This document shows positions 8,360-18,140 of a DNA stretch of 32,000 nt, in pieces. Below the pieces are notes generated by a model. It worked only from the letters and a program-made list of their open reading frames with translations. It had not been told where the DNA came from and did not search any database. Position numbers and translations under genes: made by a program. The stretch is taken from assembly GCF_013177435.1 (NCBI RefSeq), contig NZ_CP053627.1, positions 2,700,001 to 2,732,000 of the forward strand, in the 5' to 3' direction. Source of the DNA: Xylella taiwanensis. Lineage in GTDB: Bacteria > Pseudomonadota > Gammaproteobacteria > Xanthomonadales > Xanthomonadaceae. The first letter of the stretch is position 1; every line of letters begins with the position of its first letter.

Positions 8360-9364
8360 TCACCCCTTCCACTTGCCAAGGGCGGCCAGACCATTCTCCT
8401 TGGCCCGCTCGTAGACAACCTGCTGCGCCTTGGCGAAGTTACCCTTCATGTCCTGCGACCACAACTTCAACGCCGCCTGCTGCATCGCACGGCCATAAGA
8501 AAAGCTCAACGGCCACGGTAAGTGATCCAATTGATTCATCGCATTCAAGTGTGCTGTGGACTGCGTATCCGTCTGCCCACCAGATAGGAACACAATACCT
8601 GGCAAGATCGCCGGCACCGTTGATTTCAAACACATCACCGTGGATTCGGCCACTTCTTCAACACTGGCCTGCTCATCACAGTCCGTACCGGCGATCACCA
8701 TAGACGCCTTTAGAATGCTCCCTTCGAGCACCACATTCTGTTCGTACAGCGCATTAAACAGTGAACGCAGCGTCGCTTCGGTCACTTCATAACAGACCGA
8801 GATGTCATGACTACCATCCATGATCACTTCCGGCTCGACCATCGGCACCAAACCCTGTTCCTGGCACAACGCCGCATAACGCGCCAGCGCGTGGACATTG
8901 GCTTCGATGCACATCCCCGACGGAATATCCTCGCCAATGTTGATCACTGCACGCCACTTAGCAAAGCGTGCACCGAGCTTGTAATACTCCTCCAGCCGTG
9001 CACGCAATCCATCCAATCCCTCCGTGACCAGCTCGCCAGGACAACCCGCTAACGGGTACGCCCCCTTGTCAACCTTAATCCCTGGGATGATGCCATGCTC
9101 AACCATGTACTTCGGAAACGGGACACCGGCCTTCGTCGACTGACGGATGGTCTCATCGAATAGAATCGCGCCAGAAATATAATCACTCAATTTAGGCGTG
9201 GTCAGCAGTAACTCTCGGTAGGCACGGCGATTCTCCTCGGTATTCTCGATACCGACACTGGAAAAACGCTTGGCAATGGTGCCGGCGGACTCATCAATTG
9301 CAATGATGCCCTTGCCCGAAGCGACCATCGCTTGGGCGGTTTCTGCAAGCTGTTCAATACTCAT
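8360..9364 (-). CDS. fba: Fructose-bisphosphate aldolase, class I (animal/plant type)
   Basis: 334 aa from ATG 9364 (MSIEQLAETAQAMVASGKGIIAIDESAGTIAKRF...). It is colinear with muscle/plant class I aldolases (GKGILAADES.G.I.KR, ENTEENRR.YR.LL, DKG..PLAG, FAKWR, the Schiff-base Lys context EGS.LK..MV, FLSGGQ, FSYGRA.Q). The track start at 9424 adds 20 implausible residues. Confidence 0.93.
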   Translation of the reverse strand: MSIEQLAETAQAMVASGKGIIAIDESAGTIAKRFSSVGIENTEENRRAYRELLLTTPKLSDYISGAILFDETIRQSTKAGVPFPKYMVEHGIIPGIKVDKGAYPLAGCPGELVTEGLDGLRARLEEYYKLGARFAKWRAVINIGEDIPSGMCIEANVHALARYAALCQEQGLVPMVEPEVIMDGSHDISVCYEVTEATLRSLFNALYEQNVVLEGSILKASMVIAGTDCDEQASVEEVAESTVMCLKSTVPAILPGIVFLSGGQTDTQSTAHLNAMNQLDHLPWPLSFSYGRAMQQAALKLWSQDMKGNFAKAQQVVYERAKENGLAALGKWKG

Positions 9365-10136
9365 TGGATTCCTATGGCAGCTGCGGGGAAAGCGGAAGTA
9401 TAGCGATGAAGACCGTAAGAACATTCCCTTTGAAAAAAGATACGCATACAGTCACAGTCGCTAAATTCATATAACAATCGCACCCTGCTCTGCTGTGCCA
9501 CTTCCGGCGCACCAGTGCAAGAACCCGAACAAGGCCACATCAAGCACATCGAACAACGGCAACCACCACGCGCGTGCCCATTGTCCGAGCACCGATCCGC
9601 TTCCCCCTCGCTCCCCGGATGTGCTCCGCCGCATCGTGCAGATACCGCATCTGCAGTGCTCCAGGAAAACACAGCACCCACGAAGTCGACCATCTGGCAC
9701 ACCAAACACCAGGCCCACGCCGGCTGCACGTGCCGCCATATCGTCGTCACGCCCACTGTCCAGCAGTACGACTAGCACATCGGTTGCAAACAGCACCCTA
9801 CCTAACTAGGGAGATGCAACCAGCACCCACCATCACCTGAATCACCAATATGCTCCTGGCGCACACACCGCCATTGAGCATGACGCCGCCATAGGGATTG
9901 GATGCGCTGAACAACAGCGCAACCACCAGCCGATGCACGCACAACATGCACACCACGACTCAAGCGCAACTCAGATACCCCATCAAATCACACATACAAC
10001 ACAGGCCGAGACATTCAGGCATGTTAGTAAAGACAGCAACTTCTTCAAACGCCTGCTCTGCATCGACCACAACAGCAAAATCATTGCTTCCCCAAGATCT
10101 CCCCTCCTCAGTGAAGCATTCTCTTGTTCGGCATGC

Positions 10137-11603
10137 CTAGAGTTCCCACAGGCCACTGACACGCCCATCAGCGCCAACCTCAAGCAAACGCAGCGTATTG
10201 GTAGCACCGAGGGTTTCCATATGCTCACCACTCGTGAACACCACACGATCACCCGGCCCCATCAAGCCAGACTCGACCAACAGGCGGATCGTCGCTCTTG
10301 CCGCCTCACGCGGAGTCAAACCACGGCTGTCAAAACTCATCGGAAATACACCACGCATCAGCACCATGCGCCGACGCACATCCTCATGACGCGTAAACGC
10401 ATAGATCGGGACCTGTGACCGGAACCGTGACAGAAACCGCGGAGTGGCGCCGGATTCAGTCAACGCCACCACACCGCCAAGGCGAATGTGCTCGGACAAG
10501 AACATCGTTGCCATCGCGATCGCATGATCAGCACGCTGTAAGTTACGCTGCGCTGCCTCGTAGTCAGTATCGAACTCAAACTGGTGTTCGGCTCCCAAAC
10601 AGATACGCGCCATCGCTTCCACGGCCTTGACCGGATAATCACCTGCCGCCGTTTCAGCTGACAGCATCACCGCATCGGTCCCATCAATCACCGCGTTGGC
10701 CACGTCTAGCACCTCGGCACGGGTAGGCATCGGACTCTCAACCATCGATTGCAGCATCTGCGTGGCGGTGATCACCACCTTGTTCTGTACTAACGCTTCC
10801 CTGATGATCTTTTTTTGCAAACTCGGCAATTGAGCATCACCGATCTCCACGCCCAAATCGCCACGTGCAACCATCACCACATCCGACGCCTCAACAATCC
10901 CGGCAAGATTCACGATCGCCTCAGCACGCTCAATCTTAGAGACCAGTGCGGCATCGCAGCCGTACTGCCGAGCGATACGGCGCGCCTCATGCATGTCTTC
11001 TGCATGACGGCAAAACGACACTGCAATAAAGTCGACCCCTATCTTGGCAACGATGCCAATCAGTTCACGGTCACGATCGGTCAGCGCACCCAGTGACAAA
11101 CCGCCTCCTTGCTTATTCAGCCCCTTACGATCCGACAGCACGCTGTCGTTAAGCACCGTGGTCACAATACGCTCACCCTGCACGTCGACCACCTGCAATT
11201 GCACAAGCCCATCATCCAGTAACAGGACATCTCCCACACCGACATCCTGCGGCAAACCAAGATAACTGACCCCAACCTGCGTGCAATCACCCATCGGAGC
11301 GTTGACAGCAGCGAGCAGATCGAAGCGCGCATGAGCCACGAGCCGGACTTTTCCCCCGGTAAAACGTCCAATACGGATCTTTGGACCGGGCAGATCGGCA
11401 AGGATGCCAATCTCAACACCCACACGCGCGGCGGCAGTACGCACTTCAGCGGCACGCTTGGCCTGATCTGAGAAATCGCCATGACTGAAATTCAGCCGCA
11501 CCACATTGACACCAGCCTTAAACAGCGCATCAAGCACACCGGGCGGATCTGTCGCTGGCCCAAGCGTGGCAAGAATCTTGGTGCGGCGCTGACGCTCAGA
11601 CAT
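10137..11603 (-). CDS. pyk: Pyruvate kinase
   Basis: 488 aa. RRTKILATLGPAT...VNVVRLNFSHG, MVARGDLGVE and ITATQMLQSM are canonical PK motifs. The ATG is at 11603 and the TAG at 10137-10139. Confidence 0.95.
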   Translation of the reverse strand: MSERQRRTKILATLGPATDPPGVLDALFKAGVNVVRLNFSHGDFSDQAKRAAEVRTAAARVGVEIGILADLPGPKIRIGRFTGGKVRLVAHARFDLLAAVNAPMGDCTQVGVSYLGLPQDVGVGDVLLLDDGLVQLQVVDVQGERIVTTVLNDSVLSDRKGLNKQGGGLSLGALTDRDRELIGIVAKIGVDFIAVSFCRHAEDMHEARRIARQYGCDAALVSKIERAEAIVNLAGIVEASDVVMVARGDLGVEIGDAQLPSLQKKIIREALVQNKVVITATQMLQSMVESPMPTRAEVLDVANAVIDGTDAVMLSAETAAGDYPVKAVEAMARICLGAEHQFEFDTDYEAAQRNLQRADHAIAMATMFLSEHIRLGGVVALTESGATPRFLSRFRSQVPIYAFTRHEDVRRRMVLMRGVFPMSFDSRGLTPREAARATIRLLVESGLMGPGDRVVFTSGEHMETLGATNTLRLLEVGADGRVSGLWEL

Positions 11604-11620
11604 AGAAAAATCTCTTTAAC

Positions 11621-11654
11621 AGAAGCCCGGCAAAGTAACACAGGCTTCTTTTTT
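11621..11654 (+). terminator. Terminator-like hairpin with T-run, oriented on the + strand, 18 nt from the pyk start codon
   Basis: AGAAGCC (11621-27), a 15-nt loop, GGCTTCT (11643-49), then TTTTT. On the minus strand (the pyk mRNA sense) the same stem is preceded by an A-run, so it may instead be a pyk 5' UTR structure. Confidence 0.3.
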
Positions 11655-12321
11655 CCAGAATGTCATGCATACATGGCCACACGCCTGTTTTCAGGATGGC
11701 TGCACCTCAATGCCGGACAGAAAACACAGCCATCGTCCCGAGCGCATCCCAGAACAGGTCGAGACCTTGCAAAACACGCCCAGTGATTCCCCAGCAGCAC
11801 ACTCCCAGATGCGGCCACCCCTATTCCTCTACCCGCAGCACGCAACGACATCACGCAACGTTCACACTCCCTTTGTCTAGCATCACCCCCTCAAGCACGG
11901 CTTCATTGTGGACCACATCCTTTCACCATCAGATCGACATTAAAAATGTGCGTCTCATCACTACTGCGATCCATCATGAAATACACCGCCATGCACCACA
12001 CAAAGCGCTAATGACTGCAAGCCGCCCCGCTATATACACCGTGGGCCTCAAGGGCAGTCTGCATGCCACCCGCAAGCGTCGGATACGGCATGATGTTCCC
12101 ATCGGACTGCATCAATAAGACTGGCAATAAAACACCAGCGCCCATCCGACAAAAACAGCTCAGCACAGCAGCAACCGAATATCAGGAAGCACTCAAACGC
12201 ACCACGACACCATCCCCGGCACCCAATCACGCAACACTATGCAGGGATGCAGCACCCCGGGAGGAATACCCATTTGAATTGACCAGAACGCCACGCGACA
12301 CGGCACGCAGCACCACAGCGC

Positions 12322-13497
12322 TTACTGGCCGCGCGCCTGCAACGCAGCGACCGCCGGCAACGTTTTACCTTCCAAAAACTCCAGGAAAGCGCCACCGCCT
12401 GTGGAAATGTAGTTGATCTGGCGAGCAACGTTGTATTTATCAACAGCGGCCAAGGTATCGCCCCCGCCAGCAATCGAAAACGCAGGCGAAGTAGCGATCG
12501 CCCGCGCTAACGCCTCGGTGCCCTTGCTGAAAACATCGAACTCAAACACACCGACCGGACCATTCCAGACCACCGTGCCCGCCTGACCAATCAGCGCCGC
12601 ATAGTGCGCCGCTGTCTGCGGACCAATGTCCAGAATGAGGTCATCTGCAGCCACTGCATCGACCGCCTTCACCGTTGCCGTGACACCAGGTAAAAACTGC
12701 TTGGCGACCACTACGTCGGTGGGTAGCGGAATCTCAGCACCACGCGCTTTCGCCACAGCAACAATCTTTCGTGCCGTCTCGACCAAATCCACCTCGCACA
12801 ACGACTTGCCAACGGCGTAACCGGCAGCGGCAATGAAGGTATTGGCAATGCCTCCCCCCACGATCAATTGGTCAACGTTGTTCACCAGATTGGCAAGCAA
12901 CTCCAGTTTCGTCGACACCTTACTGCCACCCACAATCGCCAACAGCGGTTTCACCGGATGCTCTAAGGCGCGACTCAAGGTATCCAACTCGGCCATCAAC
13001 AACGGACCGCCGGCAGCAATCGGAGCACAATGGATCACCCCGTACGTCGAAGCATGAGCCCGGTGCGCCGTGCCAAACGCATCCATCACGAACACATCAC
13101 ACAACGCCGCATACTTCCTCGCCAAAGCAGCGTCATTCTCAGCTTCGCCGATATTCATCCGACAGTTTTCCAATAAGACCACCTGTCCTGGCGCGACCTG
13201 CACGCCATCAACCCAATCGCGACGCAACGGAACCTCGACCCCAAGCAATTGCGACAGGCGCTTGGCGACAGGCGCCAATGAATCCTCCTCACTCCAAACA
13301 CCTTCCTTCGGACGGCCCAGATGCGAAGTGACCATGACCGCCGCGCCTCGCTCCAATGCCGCCTTGATCGTCGGCAGCGAAGCAATGATGCGCTGCTCGG
13401 AAGTAATACGGCCGTGCTCAATCGGTACATTCAGGTCCTGACGAATCAGCACCCGCTTATCGGTTAGAGCGAGATCGGTCATGCGAACGATGGACAT
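12322..13497 (-). CDS. pgk: Phosphoglycerate kinase
   Basis: 391 aa from ATG 13497 ([25 protein letters not shown]), compared with E. coli [25 protein letters not shown]. AAGGA lies upstream. The C-terminus has [16 protein letters not shown]. The track start at 13575 is an extension. Confidence 0.95.
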   Translation of the reverse strand: MSIVRMTDLALTDKRVLIRQDLNVPIEHGRITSEQRIIASLPTIKAALERGAAVMVTSHLGRPKEGVWSEEDSLAPVAKRLSQLLGVEVPLRRDWVDGVQVAPGQVVLLENCRMNIGEAENDAALARKYAALCDVFVMDAFGTAHRAHASTYGVIHCAPIAAGGPLLMAELDTLSRALEHPVKPLLAIVGGSKVSTKLELLANLVNNVDQLIVGGGIANTFIAAAGYAVGKSLCEVDLVETARKIVAVAKARGAEIPLPTDVVVAKQFLPGVTATVKAVDAVAADDLILDIGPQTAAHYAALIGQAGTVVWNGPVGVFEFDVFSKGTEALARAIATSPAFSIAGGGDTLAAVDKYNVARQINYISTGGGAFLEFLEGKTLPAVAALQARGQ

Positions 13498-14614
13498 CAC
13501 GATTCCTTTGGATGATAGAAAAAAACGCCATTGTCCCCGTTCATCTTGCAGCAGGTAAACACCAAACATATACACCCGTCAGCCTGCCTCCCATTGCAAC
13601 AGCAGCAGCGTGCTGCCATGCCATGCGGTGCCGATATCCACCCAGAATGAACAAACAGATCACTACACGGCGATGTGTAGCGACACACCGTGCAGCAAAC
13701 CAGGGGATGTTCCCACATCCGATCCTCGCCACCAGGCCCCACAGGTAAACAACATGATGCGCTGCACATCCGCACACATCAGATCGACGGCCGCCGGCCC
13801 CCAACCAAACATCTTGACAACGCCATAGATATATGTACCTCATGAAGCCCGAACCCTGATCGGGCACTGACGCACCACGCTGCTGCTCAATCGCCAGGAA
13901 AAACGCCAATCAGCGTTCTGAAGCGACATCTCTTACAAAAGCCGCGGTTGAACGATTGGTTCACTCCATCTACAGCAAGCGTCGGTGATGGCAGCGACCT
14001 GCAAACACCTTGCCGTGACCGGCACGCAGGCAATGCACCCGATGATGCCTTCATCCCAGTGTGGTGACGCACTGAACAGTTCCCGCAGCAAACATACACC
14101 GCCGTTCCAATCCGAAACGGCGCTCCCACATCGTGGACGCCACCGCCAACCATAAAAGGTATGCATTGGACTACGCTTCCAAGTGCTCCAAACAAAAAGA
14201 CTCCCCAAACCATCATGCCTGCGGCGCCACACCTACAATGCTTGCAATCGCATGCGCACTGCTCAAGCCGCCATCGGCACTCAGCCATTCGATATTGTCA
14301 TCAAGCCAATCGCGTCCCTTTGACCCAGCCTCACCAACACCATCGGTGTGCTGGATCGGGACAATGCATTGCCCCGATGATGACATTGCAAAAGACGCTC
14401 AACAGCCGTGTTTGAGCAATGCCTGCACGATATCGCGCTTCAGCCACGCGCAGATGCCGGCCAGACATCCTTCACGTCTACGCTGGTCACTGACGCAACT
14501 ACGTAGCCATATGGATATCGCTCTCCATAGACTTCCCAAACGCAGCAACTTGCATGGTGTAAAGACTGAATAGGACAGGACGATGCTGCTTGCTCGCCAA
14601 TAACGCCGGATCGC

Positions 14615-14642
14615 ACAGGCAACACGCTACCGTGTTGCCTGT
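14615..14642. other. Orphan perfect stem-loop (12-bp stem, 4-nt loop) in the middle of the largest spacer
   Basis: ACAGGCAACACG ctac CGTGTTGCCTGT. There is no adjacent T-run on either strand, and the nearest supported gene end is over 800 nt away. Confidence 0.6.
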
Positions 14643-15457
14643 TGTCGCTTGGCAGTAAACGCAACATTGCCCGCGTTACTCAACCAGGCACAGGAATACC
14701 GCCACACCGGCAACCGCTGCTCCCATTCTGCCGCGCTCTGGCCGGTCAATACATCGTGTCAATCATCCACCGTACATCGCCAGTGACACCGTACGCCTCA
14801 TCCATGACGCCAGCGAAACCCCGGTCACACCAACACTGCTCACCTAATGCACACGATGACCGGCACACCAAATCACGGGATTGATTCTGCACATGTGCGG
14901 GTGATCAGCAGCAGCCGTCCGAATTCTTTCAAGCTGCACCAGTCAATCAGGGCCAGAAAAACACTCGAAACGCTGACAGACATCCCCAACATCATCCTTG
15001 AGGTAAACACGGATGGCGGCAGCAACGCTACATTCCAGCAAGCACCAGGAGAAGATGTAAACGTTCACACCCACCACAGCAACCAGGATCAAACCCCAAG
15101 CGACACCGCGAACCTTATCGATACACGCCCACGTGCCGCATGTGGCTTCCAGCACACACTCCACACGACGCAATAGCGTTTTAAAGACAGAAAGATGCGC
15201 GCTTGATGGATGATTTGAAATCAGCGCACAACAGATCGGGCACGTTGCAACACGCCGCTGTACTACGACAATGGCACTATTTTTCAGGCACCAACTCGCA
15301 TCCAAAGACGCAGCGTGTTAAGAGTGGTCATCCCCTTGATGCACGCCTTCCCACTGGGGACGTTTGCCACCGTTGCAACACGAAGACATCACACACCCGG
15401 ACGGGGGAGTAGCCACTCCGTTAGAATTACCACGATTTGCAGCCCATCGAGCGTTCC

Positions 15458-16861
15458 ATGACGTGCCGCACCCGCTTTGCTCCCAGCCCCACCGGTTACC
15501 TGCACATCGGCGGCGCCCGTACCGCGCTGTATTGCTGGCTGGAAGCGCGGCGCCGCAACGGGCAATTTTTGCTGCGCATCGAAGACACCGACCGCGAACG
15601 CAGCACCCAAGCCGCGATCGACGCCATCCTGCACGCTATGGACTGGCTGGGGCTGGACTACGACGCAAGCCCGGTCTACCAAACCCAGCGCATCGAACGC
15701 TACAACCAGGTAGCCGAACGCCTGATGGCCGAAGGCAAGGCTTACTACGCTTACGAATCCAAGGACACCCTGGACGCGATGCGCGAAGCAGCGCTGCGTA
15801 CCGGCGAAAAACCACGCTATAACGGTGCTGCGCGCGACGCTCACCTGCCATACCGCGATGATCCCAATCGGGTCATCCGCTTCAAAAATCCGCACTCAGG
15901 CGCCGTGGTTTTCGACGATTTGATCAAAGGCCGGATCCAGATCGCCAACAGCGAGCTCGACGACATGGTGATCGTTCGTCCGGATGGCTATCCAACGTAC
16001 AACTTCGCCGTGGTTGTGGACGACTGGGATATGTGCATCACCGAGGTCATCCGTGGCGACGACCACATCAACAATACGCCGCGGCAGATCAACCTCTATC
16101 AAGCCCTGGGCGCACCCGTGCCGAGATTCGCGCATCTGCCAATGATCCTGGACGAACAGGGCGCCAAGCTGTCCAAGCGCACTGGTGCGGCCGATGTGAT
16201 GCAGTACAAAGATGCCGGTTATCTGCCCCATGCACTGATTAACTATCTGGTGCGGCTGGGCTGGTCGCACGGCGACCAAGAGCTATTCAGCCGGCAAACA
16301 CTCATCGACTTGTTTCAAATCAGCGATGTCAACTCCAAAGCAGCGCGCCTGGACATGGCAAAACTTGGCTGGGTTAACCAGCACTATTTGAAGACCGATG
16401 ACCCGGCGACCCTTGCCCCGTCACTGGTCTGGCACCTGGAACAGCGCGGTATTGATGTCAACACCGGCCCTGCCCCAACCGACGTTGTCCTGGCCTTGCG
16501 CGAACGTGTTCAGACACTAAAAGACATGGCCGAGAAAGCGGAGATATGGTACCGCCCGCTACAGTGCTATGACGCAGCGGCCGTCGCCAAGCATCTCAAG
16601 CCGGGTGCCGACGCAGCTTTGCTCCACGCGCGCACCCTGTTAGCTGCACTGCCCGCGTGGACTGTGCACGCCGTGGACACAGCCCTGCGCGATACCGCTA
16701 CGGCGCTGGAGATCGGCATGGGCAAAGTGGCGCAGCCGTTGCGTGTGGCTATCACGGGTACCCAGGTGAGTCCTGACATCGCCTATACCGTTTACCTGGC
16801 TGGCCGCAGCGAAGCCTTAAAACGCATTGATGCGGCACTCATCAAGATTGCTATGGCCTGA
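15458..16861 (+). CDS. gltX: Glutamyl-tRNA synthetase
   Basis: 467 aa from ATG 15458 ([25 protein letters not shown]), compared with E. coli [25 protein letters not shown]. It has the HIGH motif and KLSKR (the KMSKS equivalent). The track start TTG 15437 is rejected. Confidence 0.95.
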   Translation: MTCRTRFAPSPTGYLHIGGARTALYCWLEARRRNGQFLLRIEDTDRERSTQAAIDAILHAMDWLGLDYDASPVYQTQRIERYNQVAERLMAEGKAYYAYESKDTLDAMREAALRTGEKPRYNGAARDAHLPYRDDPNRVIRFKNPHSGAVVFDDLIKGRIQIANSELDDMVIVRPDGYPTYNFAVVVDDWDMCITEVIRGDDHINNTPRQINLYQALGAPVPRFAHLPMILDEQGAKLSKRTGAADVMQYKDAGYLPHALINYLVRLGWSHGDQELFSRQTLIDLFQISDVNSKAARLDMAKLGWVNQHYLKTDDPATLAPSLVWHLEQRGIDVNTGPAPTDVVLALRERVQTLKDMAEKAEIWYRPLQCYDAAAVAKHLKPGADAALLHARTLLAALPAWTVHAVDTALRDTATALEIGMGKVAQPLRVAITGTQVSPDIAYTVYLAGRSEALKRIDAALIKIAMA

Positions 16862-16878
16862 ACTCCACGGAACGTCTC

Positions 16879-17388
16879 ATGAGCAACCAGCACGGCTGTA
16901 CCGATCCCCACCACCACGTACACGACGCACCTGCGTTCATGCGTGCGGTGGAACACGCCTGCAGCGAACGTGGATTACGTCTGACCCCCATCCGCGCAAA
17001 CCTATTGCGTCTGATTGCCCATGCCGGCAAGCCAGTGAAAGCGTATGAACTGCTGGAATGGGTACGTGAGGGGAAGGGCGTCGGTGCCGATGCTCCACCC
17101 ACGGTCTACCGCGCGCTGGATTTCTTGATCACCCATGGTTTCGTGCACAAACTGGAATCGATCAACGCCTTTATTGCTTGCCACCATCCGAACAGCAAAC
17201 GCCATTCAGTCCCCTTTCTGATCTGCGATCACTGCCATAACGCGGTGGAATTAGAGGACAAGAATGTGGTCGCCCAACTGGACGCATGCGCCAGAGCGCT
17301 GGGTTTCCAACCCCAGATGCAAACGCTGGAAGTACATGGGATATGTGCCACGTGCGCTGCACAACGCGACCCAGCCGCCTCCGCTTAA
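16879..17388 (+). CDS. zur: Zinc uptake regulator, Fur family
   Basis: 169 aa. LRLTPIRANLLRLI...PPTVYRALDFLITHGFVHKLESINAFIAC...ICDHCHNAVE...HGICATC parallels E. coli Zur (PPTVYRALDFLLEQGFVHKVES.N....C, two CxxC pairs). It has a His-rich N-terminus and begins 17 nt after the gltX stop. Confidence 0.88.
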   Translation: MSNQHGCTDPHHHVHDAPAFMRAVEHACSERGLRLTPIRANLLRLIAHAGKPVKAYELLEWVREGKGVGADAPPTVYRALDFLITHGFVHKLESINAFIACHHPNSKRHSVPFLICDHCHNAVELEDKNVVAQLDACARALGFQPQMQTLEVHGICATCAAQRDPAASA

Positions 17389-17463
17389 GTGGTGTTGCTG
17401 CTGACTGAAAAACAGCCCATCCGCTGTAAACCATGTGTTGCGGCCTGACCAGCATTTCAGCAA

Positions 17464-17498
17464 GGGGTCGTCTCAGAAAACGAAACATAAAGCACGCT
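17464..17498. repeat. Copy B of the short dispersed intergenic repeat
   Basis: GGGGTCGTCTCAGAAAACGAAACATAAAGCACGCT. Like copy A, it lies about 75-120 nt downstream of the stop codon of a + strand gene (here zur; copy A follows the monooxygenase). Confidence 0.6.
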
Positions 17499-18140
17499 GC
17501 GCCTGGTTGACGAGCGACTTCCTGCTGAGCATCACCAACCATTTGTGAGCAGAGGCGACGTAGGCCACGACAGGCACCACGGCAACGCCTCACCACACGT
17601 CACGAGAGAACCGTGATTCAGGTTGAAATAGAACGTGCCAGCATCCCCGGTACGCAGAGACTGCTCGTGCTGCGATGCGTCCGGGTGATCCGGCATGTTC
17701 ATGCGTGCTGCAAAGCGGGGGCGCTGCTCGGGAAGCAAGGCCACATCGCACTACACACGGTTGTTGAGCATCCAGACGCCGTATGCCTGGCCCGCGGCCT
17801 GCTCACCGACGATGAGATCAGTGCTCACAGCAACCTCTGCTCGCACGAGATCCATTGAGAACGGCATGGGGATCGGTCACACAGGTCACCTTCGCCAACA
17901 ATGAAGTAAGCACGCTCCAACCAATGACGATCAAACAAGCTGACCAAGCACGCGGCCTGTCACCACTACTAAAGAGTGCATCCTCATGGAGAAATAACAG
18001 CATCAAGCACACTGCAACCAGCACCTCCAAGAGTCACATCCAGAAACAGGACACCTGTCGGACCCAAGGAGGTGAAGTGCCACGATGCATCAGATCCCAA
18101 CGTCTACACTATGTCTGGAACCGAACACAACGATGTTCAT

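Noticed and set aside
9933-10418. Spacer ORFs of 60-190 codons (for example 7640-7990, 7843-8190, 9495-9809, 9933-10418, 11660-12118, 13887-14288, 14133-14573, 14943-15305, 17855-18424, 21558-22157, 25806-26228)
   Set aside because: Their amino-acid composition mirrors the strand skew: His/Thr/Pro/Gln-rich on the +, Gly/Val/Cys/Trp/Leu-rich on the -. That includes the apparent transmembrane look of 7640-7990. They have no SD sites or recognisable domains, and several run into neighbouring real genes.
17532-17867. 112-codon minus-strand frame with a single in-frame TAG (17751-17753) downstream of zur, read as a possible broken gene (MPFSMDLVRAEVAVSTDLIVGEQAAGQAYGVWMLNNRV*CDVALLPEQRPRFAARMNMPDHPDASQHEQSLRTGDAGTFYFNLNHGS...)
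   Set aside because: Two adjacent ORFs of 38 and 70 codons in one frame are not statistically unusual at this GC content. I recognise no family motif. It is worth a tblastx search but is not reportable as a pseudogene.
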